Shown here: one piece after another, positions 14,301 through 27,300 of the stretch
Position numbering within the stretch: the stretch's first letter is position 1
Layout of the letters: every line of letters starts with the position of its first letter
Assembly: GCF_009914755.1 (NCBI RefSeq)
Contig: NC_060925.1
Length of the DNA: 64,000 nucleotides
DNA from: the human T2T-CHM13v2.0 reference genome, Homo sapiens
Strand: one strand, 5' to 3'
Notes under the pieces: generated by a model
The model's input: only the letters and a program-made list of their open reading frames with translations
Told to the model about the DNA's origin: nothing
The model's database searches: none
Program-made: the position numbers and the translations under genes

Positions 14301-17300
14301 TCCATGTATTTGCTCATTCAGGAAGTCAGTATTGAATGCCTGCTGCATGTCTGACACTGGCCTAGGCACCAGGGGTCGTCATGATGAAGATTCAGCCCTT
14401 TCTGGCTAATGGAAGAGAGCAACACAGACAAACAATGATTGTGCCATGTGGAAAGTGCTGACAAGGCCCCTGTGTCTGACTGGGGTGGGGAATGGGGGTT
14501 CAGGGGAAGGTCAGGCTGGGTGGAGAAGTCATCATTGTTGGCTGAGGATATTCCACCTTCTGATAACCAAGAGCCTATTTGGCCTAAATAAATGAGACTT
14601 AAAAAGGCACTTGAACCTCAGTTATCAGGTCCATTTTCTGGATGGCTAGGCCATGTAGATGCAGCCTTCATAAAAATGATACCTGATATATGGGCGGTGC
14701 TTTATCATTTACAGAGAACTTCTAATCCTCCCCACAGCCTGCCAGGATCATTCTGTTGTCCCTGTTTTCTAGTTGGGTTAACCAAGGCTCAGAGCAGTGA
14801 GCCTTGCCTAAGGTCACTTCATTATTATAAAGATGGAGCTGGGGCCAGAACCCGGTTCATGAGTCCCTGGTCCAATGAACACACCCTCCCAGAGCTGTGA
14901 AATGCTGACTATAATTTGCCGTCTCCCTTCTCTGACCCATGCACAAAAGTACTTTGGGGCCAGGATTTGGGTCTCAGCTGAAACATTTCCTAACCTCATG
15001 CCCCTTCTCCTGATTTCTTGAAGCTTTCCCCAGTCTGGTTTCTGCAAAAGAATCTGCTCTGATGAAGCCAGAAACTTTTCCACCCTCTGCCTGGGGCTTT
15101 CTCCCCTGCTCTTTCTCTCTGGTTCCAACCTTTCTCTTTTGCCTGATCTTACATCACATTCTCTTACTTTAAGAAGATCTCTGGACCTCATCGTGGTCTA
15201 AAATTGTTAGAGTCTTCATACTTTCTAGGCCAGCAGTCCTTGGGTTCCTCTGATGTTGGTGAGACCTATTGCGTCCAAAAAATTAGGGGAGTTGGATATC
15301 TAAACACTGTAAATAAGAAGGATGGAAGGAAGAAGGATAGGGCAAGAATAATAGTGATTATTAAAACTTACATCAGGCTTACTACCTATGAAGAATTATT
15401 TATGTTATCTCCATTTTACAATTGAGGAAACTGAGGCACAGAGCACTAAAGCAGGTTGCTCCAGGTTGAGTAGCAGAGCTGGTTACCAAGTGGCCATGCT
15501 TAGCTGCTGTGCTCCACTGCTTCCCTTAAGAAGGAAAGGAGGAGAGAAACAAGACTAGGAAAGGCGTTTTTTCAGCATGATTGTTTTGAGCCAGCAGTGT
15601 GCTGAAGCTGTGGGGGAAGAAATAGATCTAGTCCTTGCCCACAGTGAACTCACAGCTACAGAATTACAGAACATCAAAGTTGGAAGAGACCGTGGAGATG
15701 TCATCCAAATTGGGACACAGGGAGGTGAAGTGAAACACCTACGAAGGAAAAGGGAACGCATACTTTTGCACACATACAAAAATAGCATAAAACATACAAG
15801 TCAGCGGTTCAAGGCAGGCCATTAACAACTGAAGTTGAGCACCTGTTACAGTAAATACATGTCTGGATGCTGCAGCAGGAGTGAAGTAAAGTCCTTGCCC
15901 TCCAGCTGAGGGGAAATTGCGAGAGTAGGAAATAGGATGACATTGACCGAGAGAGTGTAAAGTATTTAAAGTGTTTGAACAATAACAAGCAGTCCAATTT
16001 GGTAGGAGTTGAGCTCACTTCTGAGAGAGAATTGAAAGGTAAGGTGGAGATGCTAAGGGAGGTAGTACAAACTGAGCTCAGAGAGTCCAGAGAAGCAGTC
16101 AGGTGGGGCTTATCGGGAAAGGCTTTCTGGAAGAGGGAGCATTTGGGTTGCACTAAAGAAGAAAAACTTGCATTTGCAAGTGTGGAGACAGAACGAATAA
16201 GGTATTTGTAGAAGGTGGTGTGGGAAGTAGAAAATGAGGCAATTAACTTTTGGATTCAGTTCAATTCTGCAAATGTAAGTTGAGTGTTTACTAGGAGCCA
16301 GACATCCTTGGTCAGTATAAAAATGAATTTAAAAAGTAGTGCCTATCTTCAAGGAGCTTATAGTTCAGAGCTTCACAGAGTTAGAGGATGCACAAGTACT
16401 ATGGGAATTCAGGCAGGGCCCTTGGCTCAGACTGAGGGTTTAAGGGAGGTTCTGGGGCCCTAAGCTGGAACTGTGTCTTGATGGATGGAGAGGAGTGAGT
16501 CAAGTGACGGGAGCACAGGAGCATCCTGAGGGGGTGCACCCGCACTGAGAGGATGGTTTGGCGTGTGCACACGCCTCTGATAGTCTGGGATTTCTAGAAG
16601 GTAAAGTGCACGTTGACCAGGGTCTAACCGAATTTGAACTTCATCTGAAGTCAATGGAGAGCCATTGAAAGGTTTTTCATAGGGCAATGTTATCATTAGA
16701 TTTGTGTTTCAGAAAGATCATTCTGGCAACTTTGTTGGGAATGGACTTAAGAGAAGCAGGCTGGTGACAGGGGAAGCAATTAGGAAGTTATTGCAGTAGT
16801 CCAGGGGAGTGAGGATAAAGACCTTAAGCAAAGCGACAGGGTGGAGAGGAAGGGATAGAATCCAGACCTATTTAGGAGGGATATTTAGTGGTGCCTGCTA
16901 TGAGGTAGGAGAAGAAAGTCTGGGATGAGCCCCAGGTTTAAATGAGGGTAGGGAGGTAGTGGGGTCGGTGAGCAGAAAGACTACAGAAATGCAGCTGAAA
17001 AGACCCGTATTACAGCAACCATGGACCCTCAGTGAATTGGGGAGGGTCATCAGAGCCAGAATCCACAAGTTTTGTGGACTGAGCTGGTCTTCAAGTGATG
17101 GTGAGCAATTCCTGGAAATCCCTGGATGAGGACCAAGGACTTGGCAGTTTTTCAGGTTTAAAGTAAAAAATCAGTGTCTGGAAGTGGAGACTGGAGGAGA
17201 GAGGTGTGTGTGTGTGCACATGCCTGTGAGATGTGGTTAGAGATTATCTACAACATTTGGCGAGGAATTTCTGGGTTCCAGGGACTACAGCACTTCTGAA

Positions 17301-17356
17301 GTCCCAGGTGGCAGTACTGCCTCACCCCGACAGCCTCCTAGCGTGAACATAGACTC

Positions 17357-17927
17357 AATCCAATTCTCCCCATCCCAGAGTTCTGCAGGGGGTTAAGGAA
17401 ATTTCCTTGACTCCTTGATTTAATCCAATCCTCTTATTTCACAGATGAAATACCTGAGGCCCAGAGAGGTGAAGTGAATTCCCCGAGGTCACACAGCTGG
17501 TCAACAGTAAAGCCAGAATTGTAACTCTGGTCTCTGTGGACTTATAATCAGGTGCTATTTTCACTCCCCCCTTTCCTCCCATTCACTATAAACATCCCTC
17601 GAACATTAAACATTGGAAATTTCCTTGACCCCTTGCAGAACTGTGGGATGGGGGAATTAGAATGTGCCCATTAAAGCCAGAAGCCACTTGTTTAAGGGAC
17701 CACTGAGCACTGCAGTACAATGTGTTCAGTGTTCCAGGGACCTTAACCATGAATGGGAACTGGGGAGGAAAATGGGGAGTGGAGATGGCACCTGATTAGA
17801 AGTCCAGAGAGACCACAGAGTTATCCTTCTGGCTTTACTACTGACCAGCTGTGTGACCTCAGGAGATTCACTTCATCTCTCTGGGCCTCAGGTATTTCAT
17901 CTGTGAAATAAGAGAATTGGATTAAAT
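17357..17927. repeat. Interleaved double inverted repeat A-B-A'-B' (B and B' MIR-derived)
   Basis: A 17362-17406 pairs with 17615-17658; B 17418-17615 pairs with 17718-17927 (~89% identity over the 163-bp core). Confidence 0.9.
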
Positions 17928-19535
17928 TATCTCATGTAGATTTCTTCCAGGTCTCAAATTCCATTATTCTGAAAAATGCAGTCAGATATTTGCTCTAAGA
18001 TTAGTCTATTTGATCCGTCCCGGTCTCACTATCTACACTTTACCAAAATCCTACTTTTTCTGGATTCTTGAAAACTTAAGAGCAGGAAGTTCTTCTTCAT
18101 GTCTACCTTCGGTTTCTCCTGCTTCAGCATAAACCTTACTGGGGAGAAAAGACATCTGTCCACTGTTGCTCAGAACGAAGTTCCCCTCCTCATACTTCAG
18201 TGCTGGCTGCATTGAATCAACTGTTCTGATGGTGGACGTGGTGCATGGAGGCCGAGAAGCACATGGGCAGCCCAGTGTAGTTGCAAGGTTTGCTCACACT
18301 CAGTGCATACTCGGTGCCTTCCCCTGTCCCCTTGCCTTTGTGCCTGTGCTTATGCTGTTCCCTGGAAGATCTTCCTTTCCTTCCTGTGGTCTTTCCTGAA
18401 GCAAGGGCAGATACAAGAACCCTGACTCCCAGATCCTACTTCTAGTTCTATCATCTATAATGACAGATGATCAGTTATTCTTATTAGTGGTTCATGGTCA
18501 CACAATGAACACCTATAGACGACAGAAGTGGCATTATTGAAATAATAACAGTGGCTAATATTTTAAAATACTTGCTACATATATATTTCATTTAGTCAAC
18601 GCTACCAGTAACCAGCATGTAGCCGCATCAACATCAACACTAGAGTAACTCACTATATTTAACTTCTTGTTTCCTCCTTTTTGTAGAGACATAGTGAATG
18701 GATACCTGCTCTCTTCTCCCTTCCACTCTCTTCCTTCTTCCAATTTAATTCCCCTCTCTTGCTTACTCTTTTCCTGGGAAAAATGCAAGAGTAATTTTTC
18801 TAAAATCTTCTCTTCAGTGGGTCCCCATCATCTACAAGATGAAGTTCATACTCCTTGGAATGACCTTGGATGGCCACCAGGCCACTTGCCATTGACTTCT
18901 GCCTCCCCATCACCACACCCTTCTTCTCCAGGATTCCTGTAAATGCCTTCACCTCCTCTTTGGTTACCCAAACTGAAAATGACCTCCCTTCCTCTCAGCT
19001 TCCACCTTCTCCTAATCATTAAATCCTGTTGATTCTACCCCTTCATTTATTTCATACCTATTCCATTTCTCTTTATCCACTGTCTTAGTTTTATATCCTT
19101 ATAATTTTTCTCCAGGAGCAGTACAGCAGCTCCCTGCTGTACCTACCCTCCCTCTAACTACTGGCAGAGTGTTCTGCCTTATCACTTCTCTTAACTACTC
19201 TGATAAAATCCAAACTCCTGATCCAGCATATAAAACTCTACATGATCTGGCCCCAACCTACCTCCCTTACCCCATCTCTCTTCCCTCTCTTCTCTTGAAC
19301 TCTAGTTAATCAGAACCAGTTGCATATGCAGCAGTCCACAAACATACATGGCCCCTGAGCCCTTGCTAACATTTATCTCCTGCCTGGAGGAACTGTCCCG
19401 CTCCCAGCCAACCCACCCAACATTCCCCTTACCTACTTGGTGAACACCTATTATATTTCAAATCTTAGTCTAAGTGATATCTCCTCTATGAAGACTACCT
19501 GACCACCAAGCTTCCTTACTTTTATCATTGTACCT

Positions 19536-20251
<716 letters not shown>

Positions 20252-21038
20252 CACCTATAACTGCATGTTGTGTTTATGTGTGTAAGTCTGTACTCACCTC
20301 TACGTTCCTTGAGAGCAGGAGGCATGTGGGATTCTACTTCCTGTCTCCATCCCCCAGTACAGCACCTGACACACAGTAGGGTGCAGGTGCATTAAATATT
20401 GAGTGGGTAAATGAATGAATGACATTCAAGATTTGGCACAATCTGGTCAGAGTCTAGCTGTCCTATCTTTCATAAACAATAAAAATGCAGCATCTTAAGG
20501 TTGCCATGCACAAGTAGCTTGCAAGTGTATTTAAGGGGATTATCACTTTTAATCCTTACAACCCTGCCCTTCCACAAATACCCAGTGACTCAGCCACACC
20601 AGACTCTTCCCCAGACACACCACAGGCTTCTCTGCTCATGTCCTTTCTGTTCTTTGTGCCCAGAATCCCTTTACTCCCACATTTCCTGGTTTGAGGCTTA
20701 ATTTTGCCCTTTACAGAGACCCTTTTCAGATTCACCCTCTCCTCTTTTCCCATTGTTGGAATTGATCATTTTCCTCCTAAACACCAGAGCTGATGATTGA
20801 CCTGAGCCTCATATTTAGCTGAAGCTATTTCATATAAATTCCTCAAGGACAAGGCTATTCCTTATTAATCCCTTATTCTATGGGACTGAGCATAAACTCT
20901 GGCACATAGTAGGTCCCCAATGCTTGTTTGCTAGTTAGAATAGAATGGAATTGAGCTGAATTGATTGTTTAGGTTTCAGAGTTCTTCCAGTTTTTGCTGG
21001 AACCACAGGACAGAAGGAATCAAGAAAGTGGTGGGGAT

Positions 21039-21340
21039 GGGCCGTGTGCAGTGGCTCACACCTGTAATCCCAGCACTTTGGGAAGCTGAGGCGGGTGGAT
21101 CACGAGGTCAGGAGTTCCAGACCAGCCTGACCAACTTGGTGAAACTTCATCTCTACTAAAAATAAAAAAATTAGCCAGGTGTGTGGTGGTGTGTGCCTGT
21201 AATCCTAGCTACTCAGGAGGCTGAGGCAGGAGAATTGCTTGAAGCTGGGAGGCGGGGTTTGCAGTGAGCTGAGATCGTGTCACTGCATTCCAGTCTCGGT
21301 GACAGAGCAAGACTCCATCTCAAAAAAAAAAAAAAAAGAG
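21039..21340 (+). mobile_element. Alu (AluS-like); TSD aagaaagtg(g/a)tggggatg
   Basis: Consensus match and flanking direct repeat. Confidence 0.95.
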
Positions 21341-24300
21341 AAGAAAAAGAAAGTGATGGGGATGGGTTGAGACTGAGGGTGGGTGAGGGCAGGACCAAAG
21401 GGGAGGCTGCTTAACCATGATGGGATCTCTTTCATAGAAGTTATATAAACAAAATTTCTTGCCAACAAGTTGCCTGTGGATATTTATGGAACCATCATCA
21501 TTACTATTATTTAATTTTTTATTATCCCAAACAGCATGCTGAGCTTTGAGTAAAGTGCTGATGGCCAACCTATGCCTGTACCAGGAACTTGTAAGGACAT
21601 TTTCTCAAAATGGTTCTCCAAGCCCTGTCCCTGTCCTCAAATAACTCACACCATCTTGAGATTTGGAAGGCATCTTCCATGTCTTCTGTCCAACCATTCA
21701 CTTTACAGATGGGGAAACAGGGCCTACAGCTGTGTGCCTCACCCACGGTCTCCCTGGCAGTAAGTGGCAGAGCTGGAGTTCAGATCCAGTTCTGATTTCC
21801 AGCTGATATGTTTTGTTGCTCGCTCTACTAAAACCTGCCTCTACCAAATTGTCATTAGAATTCCTCATATTCTATCTCCCTCAATTCTGTTCAATTCAAC
21901 AAATATTTATTTTATCAAGTACCTACTCCTGCAGAGAGACCTGTGCTGGGGGATGTTGAGACAATAGAGCGACAGGGAAGATGGAAGTTCCTGATCTTGA
22001 CAAGTTTACTACCTACACTGTGGGTGGAGGTGGGAGGTGACTGGGCGGTGCGTTTTTATTGAGCACGGCACCAAGCATCTTCAGACTCATTTCTTTGGGC
22101 TTTCTTGCTTCTTCCTTTTTTGGGCCATCCACCATCAATCACCATTTTACCATGGATGAAACTGGGACTTAGTGAGGCTGCACTGGCACCTGATTGACAC
22201 TAAGCACCTGCACTTGGGACTCTGCTGCCTGCCTTCCCCCTGAATGAATGAGAACAAAGAAGCCTGGGGTTGCCTAGCTTATTCTTGGCCCACCTGAAGA
22301 AGGTGGGAGCATGGAAAGAGATTAAACCAAGGAAGGGGAGGCGGCCTCCCCAGAGCTCCTAGAGCCTGACTTTCGCTGTCATGATTAACAGCTGTTTGCA
22401 TCTTGCCAGCTCCACTTTCTTTGGTCCCTCTGGCCCCCTCCACTCCCTTCTGGTAGAAACACGGGTTAAGTCCTTTACTTTTGCAGCTCTCACCAAGCAG
22501 GGGATTTGAGAGAGATCAGCTGGCAGGTGTGGGGGACTCGAATATGGGATATCTTTGTTAAGAAACAGGTGAATTATGTATCAGTAGCCTCAGTTTCCCC
22601 AACCTCATGGGCAAGAGTGGCGGCCCCACTTCCTGTGCCCTGGCCGATGTCCAAGTGCCATGTCAGGAATGCCAACATGTCATGAATTTGTGTGCCTTGC
22701 AAATGCTTTATTGGCATCTCGTGGTGTTGAAAGTCATGTAATTATGAGCAGAATTTATATGTCACCAGGGCTGCCTAGGCGCCCTCCCTGCGTCTCCTTC
22801 CGGGCACTGCAAATATTGAAGGCTGGCTTAGAAAAGAATCAAACCTACCCACCTTGATATCTATGCACCCTGTAGATAAGGTTTTAATTGAAAATCGGTT
22901 CATCTGTTCCCCATGCCTAATTACAAGGTGCCTGCACTGCCAATGGAGCATAAGGACAGGAGTCCAGCACCCTCCAGGAAGGCCTGGGGTTGTGGTCCCA
23001 CATGGGGACAGCAGTAACTTTGGCAGCTTTACCTCTTCCGCATCTACCACCTGAGGACTTCTGGTTTCTTACCCATGAGCAGGCACTGGTGTTTGCAGGG
23101 AGGACACTCCCTCAGCCCCATCCCCCTCCCTCTCTGGCTGGTGCTTCTGCAGTGAGGACAGGATGCAGCTCACTGCCTGCTTCCTCCCTTCTGCCCTGCC
23201 AGGGATACACTCCTCGCCCCCCCTCATCCTGCCCACTCCTTTCCTTTCAGCCCAAATGGGCAAAACCAGTCTCTGTTTGTCAACACCATTCCCTTTCACC
23301 TCTGGGCTTGCCTGGAGGCCACTCGCCCTCTTCCAGGGCGCTCTTTCCCCATCCTGCTTTGTACCCTCCTCTCCCGAGAAGCCCCTGCAGTGGTGATGAC
23401 AGATCTTCTGCCCTTGTGTCTGTCTCCCAAGGACTTGCCTTTCGCGTCAGGCTGGAGCATCCACCACCATCTGCAATTCCTCCTCACAGGGCAGGGCAAG
23501 GTTCTGCACCTGGGGAGTGATCAGCAGGGGTCTAGGGGTGAGGGAGCAGGCCAAAGAGCCCCCAAAGGCTGATGCTCATGACCAGGAGAGGCAGGGGTCA
23601 GGTTGGCTGTCTTGCCTGGTTGGGGCTTAGGAAAAAGAGGAGCACCCAGCACCTGCCCCAGGTGTGTGCCTATGGCCTTCACCCTCAACCACCTCTCCCT
23701 TGGCCCTGGTCACATGTCACTGCTGTCACATTTGGCTCCAACAATAATTCCCCTGCTTGGAGAGCAGGAGGAAGAAATTCATTTTCCAGCTCCAGCCGGG
23801 CGGCTGTGAAATATGATTTCTAAAGTGTTAATAATGCATCACGTTTAGATAGCACTTTACATCTTCCAGAGCAGCTGGCTGGGCGGGGGTGCTGGCAGCC
23901 TGGGCTTGGAGCTATGGGGCTCACTCCTGGGTTTCATTTCTGAACTTCTCATGTGGAACATGTGCCTACTCCTTGGTGCCTTAGTTTCTCCTTCTAAAAC
24001 AGGGAAGGAGTCATTCAGTCTTTGCCTTCTGCCAGGATATGGAGGTGCCATATCCCAGCATCTTTGCCACTCCCATCTCCTTCTTCCAAACCTTCATTTA
24101 TCTTTTTTTCATCTTCTCCTAGGAGGACCCCAGCATTCCTTCCTTCGTTCATTCATCAAACCCTAATGAAGTGCCTGTTGTGTGCCAGGACCTGAGGTGC
24201 AGAGATGTTACTGCCTTTGGGGGCTCTCAGGAGTAGATGGGATAGAGGTGTGAGTCCCTGCCCCCAGCACTGTGGCCTAACACGAAGAGAGCTGAGGGTT

Positions 24301-27300
24301 GACACCTCCACTCAGCTTTATTTGGGGTTTGGGGACACGTGGGATGGTCTCTGCAGGATGCCAGAGCTTCCAGGAAATCCCAGCCAGCTCTTTCTGTTAT
24401 CCCAGAAAGGAAGCCCTGCCTTGTCTTTGGTGGTCTGCTCAGAGCCACTAACCCTTTAGGGCCCTTGACTTCCTAAGACCTGGAATCTTTCTCAGTCCTC
24501 TCTCCTGTGCCTTCATTTGTGTGCAAGATAAGTACTCCTGTCTTTTAATTTGTCTCCAGGGCTTTTCACAGACATAGAATATTCCTCTCTATTCATGCCA
24601 CTGAGCTCTTTCCCACCGTCACCTAAAGGCTTGGGAACTATTTCTCCATTAGTCAGTTCATATCCATAGCCACTGCTTCCAGGAAGGCCTCCTAGGATGA
24701 TCTGAGGAAAAGAAAAGATGTGTAATATTTTTTTGGGGTCGCCCCAGGTTTCCCGATTGCTCCCACTCAAAAGGCAGTTGCTCTTGAAATGCCAGAGTAC
24801 CCAGGTACTCCACTCTTTGCAGCAGTTGGTCCCCTGAAAAGTATATGGAAATTCTGCTTTTGTAGGTAAAATAATATTAATTTCCAAGAGACCTGGATTT
24901 CTAGTTTCTAGCAGTCCCGGTTCTGCCACCAACTGTCTGCAGTGTCTTTGGACCTCAGTGTCCTTATCTGGAAAACGAGGCCATTGAAAAGGTAGTACCT
25001 AGGGGCTTTCTCTAACCTTCTTTGATGACACTGCTACTTCAAACAAATCCTTGGTGAATTATTAGGTAAAGAGAAGAAGCCCTTTGATAAGCATGTAATT
25101 GCCTTCCAGTTGATTGATTTCACTGGGTGAGTTGGGGGCTTGCGATTTTCTGGAGGGGAAGCTTGGCTGTGCTCAGTAATGTCCTCATAGATTGCTTGTA
25201 TCTTCAGCTGCGTCTGTGGCCTGCGGGTCTGGTCCAGAGTGGAAGCTCCCAGAGGGCCAGGCCTCGGGTTCTGTAATTCTGTTGGCACTTTGTCCTGCAC
25301 CACCACTGACTCAAAGCTTTGTGGTGCCTGGGATGAGGAAGACACTTCCTTCCTGCCCTCAGCCCCTCTGACTCCTCTAACTTCCTAGGAAGACAATTCC
25401 TCACCAAGTTTTCCCAACGGGTTGCGCTGCTGCTGCTGTTCAGCTGACACCATAGCTGACGAGTTATTAAAAATCCTTCATTATTATTCTGTGCTGTCTC
25501 TCCCTCCTCCCTCCCTGCCCTGCCCCAGGCTTCCAAGGCCCATGGCTGTCACTGAGAAATGCCTGGAGGCCCCTAGCCAAGAGCTGAGGCAAGCTTTTCC
25601 ACCCCCTCCCTCAAAGTGACCCCCATGGATGTTGGCAGCCAGCCAGAAGCAATGGGTCTCACCCAGGGTTAGGAATTCTGACACCTAGGTTTCTGATCCT
25701 GCTTTCTGCAGGTCTCGGGGAGCTAGTGCAGGTACTTTGCAGCTCAAAGGTCTTTATAGCAAGAAATAGTTGGAAGCCAGAGAGGGATTTTCAGTCCCTC
25801 GGGGATCTTGGTTAGGGAGACATCTCTTAGGTATGCACATTGCAGACGACATCTGGGACCCGATGCTTCATCCCCTGGGGAGAGAGTGACAGGCCAACTC
25901 CATCATCCCATTCCTGAGCTGGGGGTCCAAACCCAGCTCATCCATCACCCATCCTGATAATCAGATTTGGCTGCGGCAAGAACAGAACATAATACTGAGC
26001 TCCTCTCCCAGACGCCGCAGCCGACATGTCCTGAGAGATGTGGAGGGCCTTGCTCTTTGGAGATGCAGAGAGGGAGTGGCAGGACCCGGAGGGAGAGATC
26101 CCTGCTCCTGAGTTGTGGGGCAGATAGGAAGTGTCTACAGAGCAGTTCCACACCCTTCACAGCACCCTTCCCACTGCATGTTTCCCATGGGCACCCAATA
26201 GAGCACTCCTGCACCCTGTGTCTGGGCAAGGGATCCCAGGGTCAGCGCTGTGGGTGGGAAGATGTTTTGGTTCTGCCTTCCAAACTGGAGTCCTTTCACT
26301 TACTCCCTGTCAGATTTCTCTCTGCAGGAACGTGCCTCTTCAGATCTAACTCATTCTATTGTTGTCTAAAGCATCAAGTCCCTTTTTCCGGAGCCTCACA
26401 GCCTTGGCCCAGCCCTCAAACCCACGTTCAGCCCCAGTTTCTAGCACCCAGCCTCTGGGACAAGAATAGGACTGTAGGGGAGAACGCTCTGGGTGTCTGG
26501 GTTAGAGACAAGGGTAAGCATCCACAATTAGCTTGAGAATTCAGGGGCCAACATGTCCACCCTGGCTTGGCCTCCAGGTTGAGTTGACACTTTTGTTTGT
26601 CTCTACCTTTGTTTGCCTAGATGAATTCTAACTGAGGGCCCTCATCTCTCCAGAGGTGGGGGCAGAAAAAAACTGGGATTAGAGTTAGGCGAAATGAGAT
26701 TGGGGTTAGGAAAGTGGCCTTTAGGATTAGGGTAGGGAATACTCACCTGGGGTGTGGGATTTACTAGTGCTCAGTATGAGCATCAGGGTAGGCAGGGGTG
26801 GGGGCTCAGGCTTGAAGCAGCGATTACTGTTAAGGATAGAGGTAAAGTTTGGCTTATTATGTTCTTATTTATTCAATAAGCACCTATTGATCACTTATGC
26901 TGTACCTGGCTCTGAGGGGACTTGAGATGCTGTGCCTCTTCAAGAGCTCATGTTCTAGTTAGGATTTGGGGTTAGAGTGATTGCTAGGATTAGGTATGGA
27001 TTGGAATTAGTGTTGAGGTGGACATTGGGTTCGGGGTTACTGTTTGGGGTTAGGGTTGAAGTGGGAATACGTTTAGATTATATGTAAACATACAGGTTGG
27101 TGTGAGGTTTCTGTGTAAGTTCCTTCCTCCAAGTCTCTGCTCCTTAATTCTCTCCTCCTACTGCTTACCCAACCTTGTCTGTGCTGTCTAAGGCTTCCTG
27201 GACTTACTGGAATCCGTTTAATGACAGCGACCATCTGCCACCCCTGCTGGTGATCAGCCCCTTCCCCTTTCCTCTCTGCTCCTCCTTCGCCTTTCCCAGC

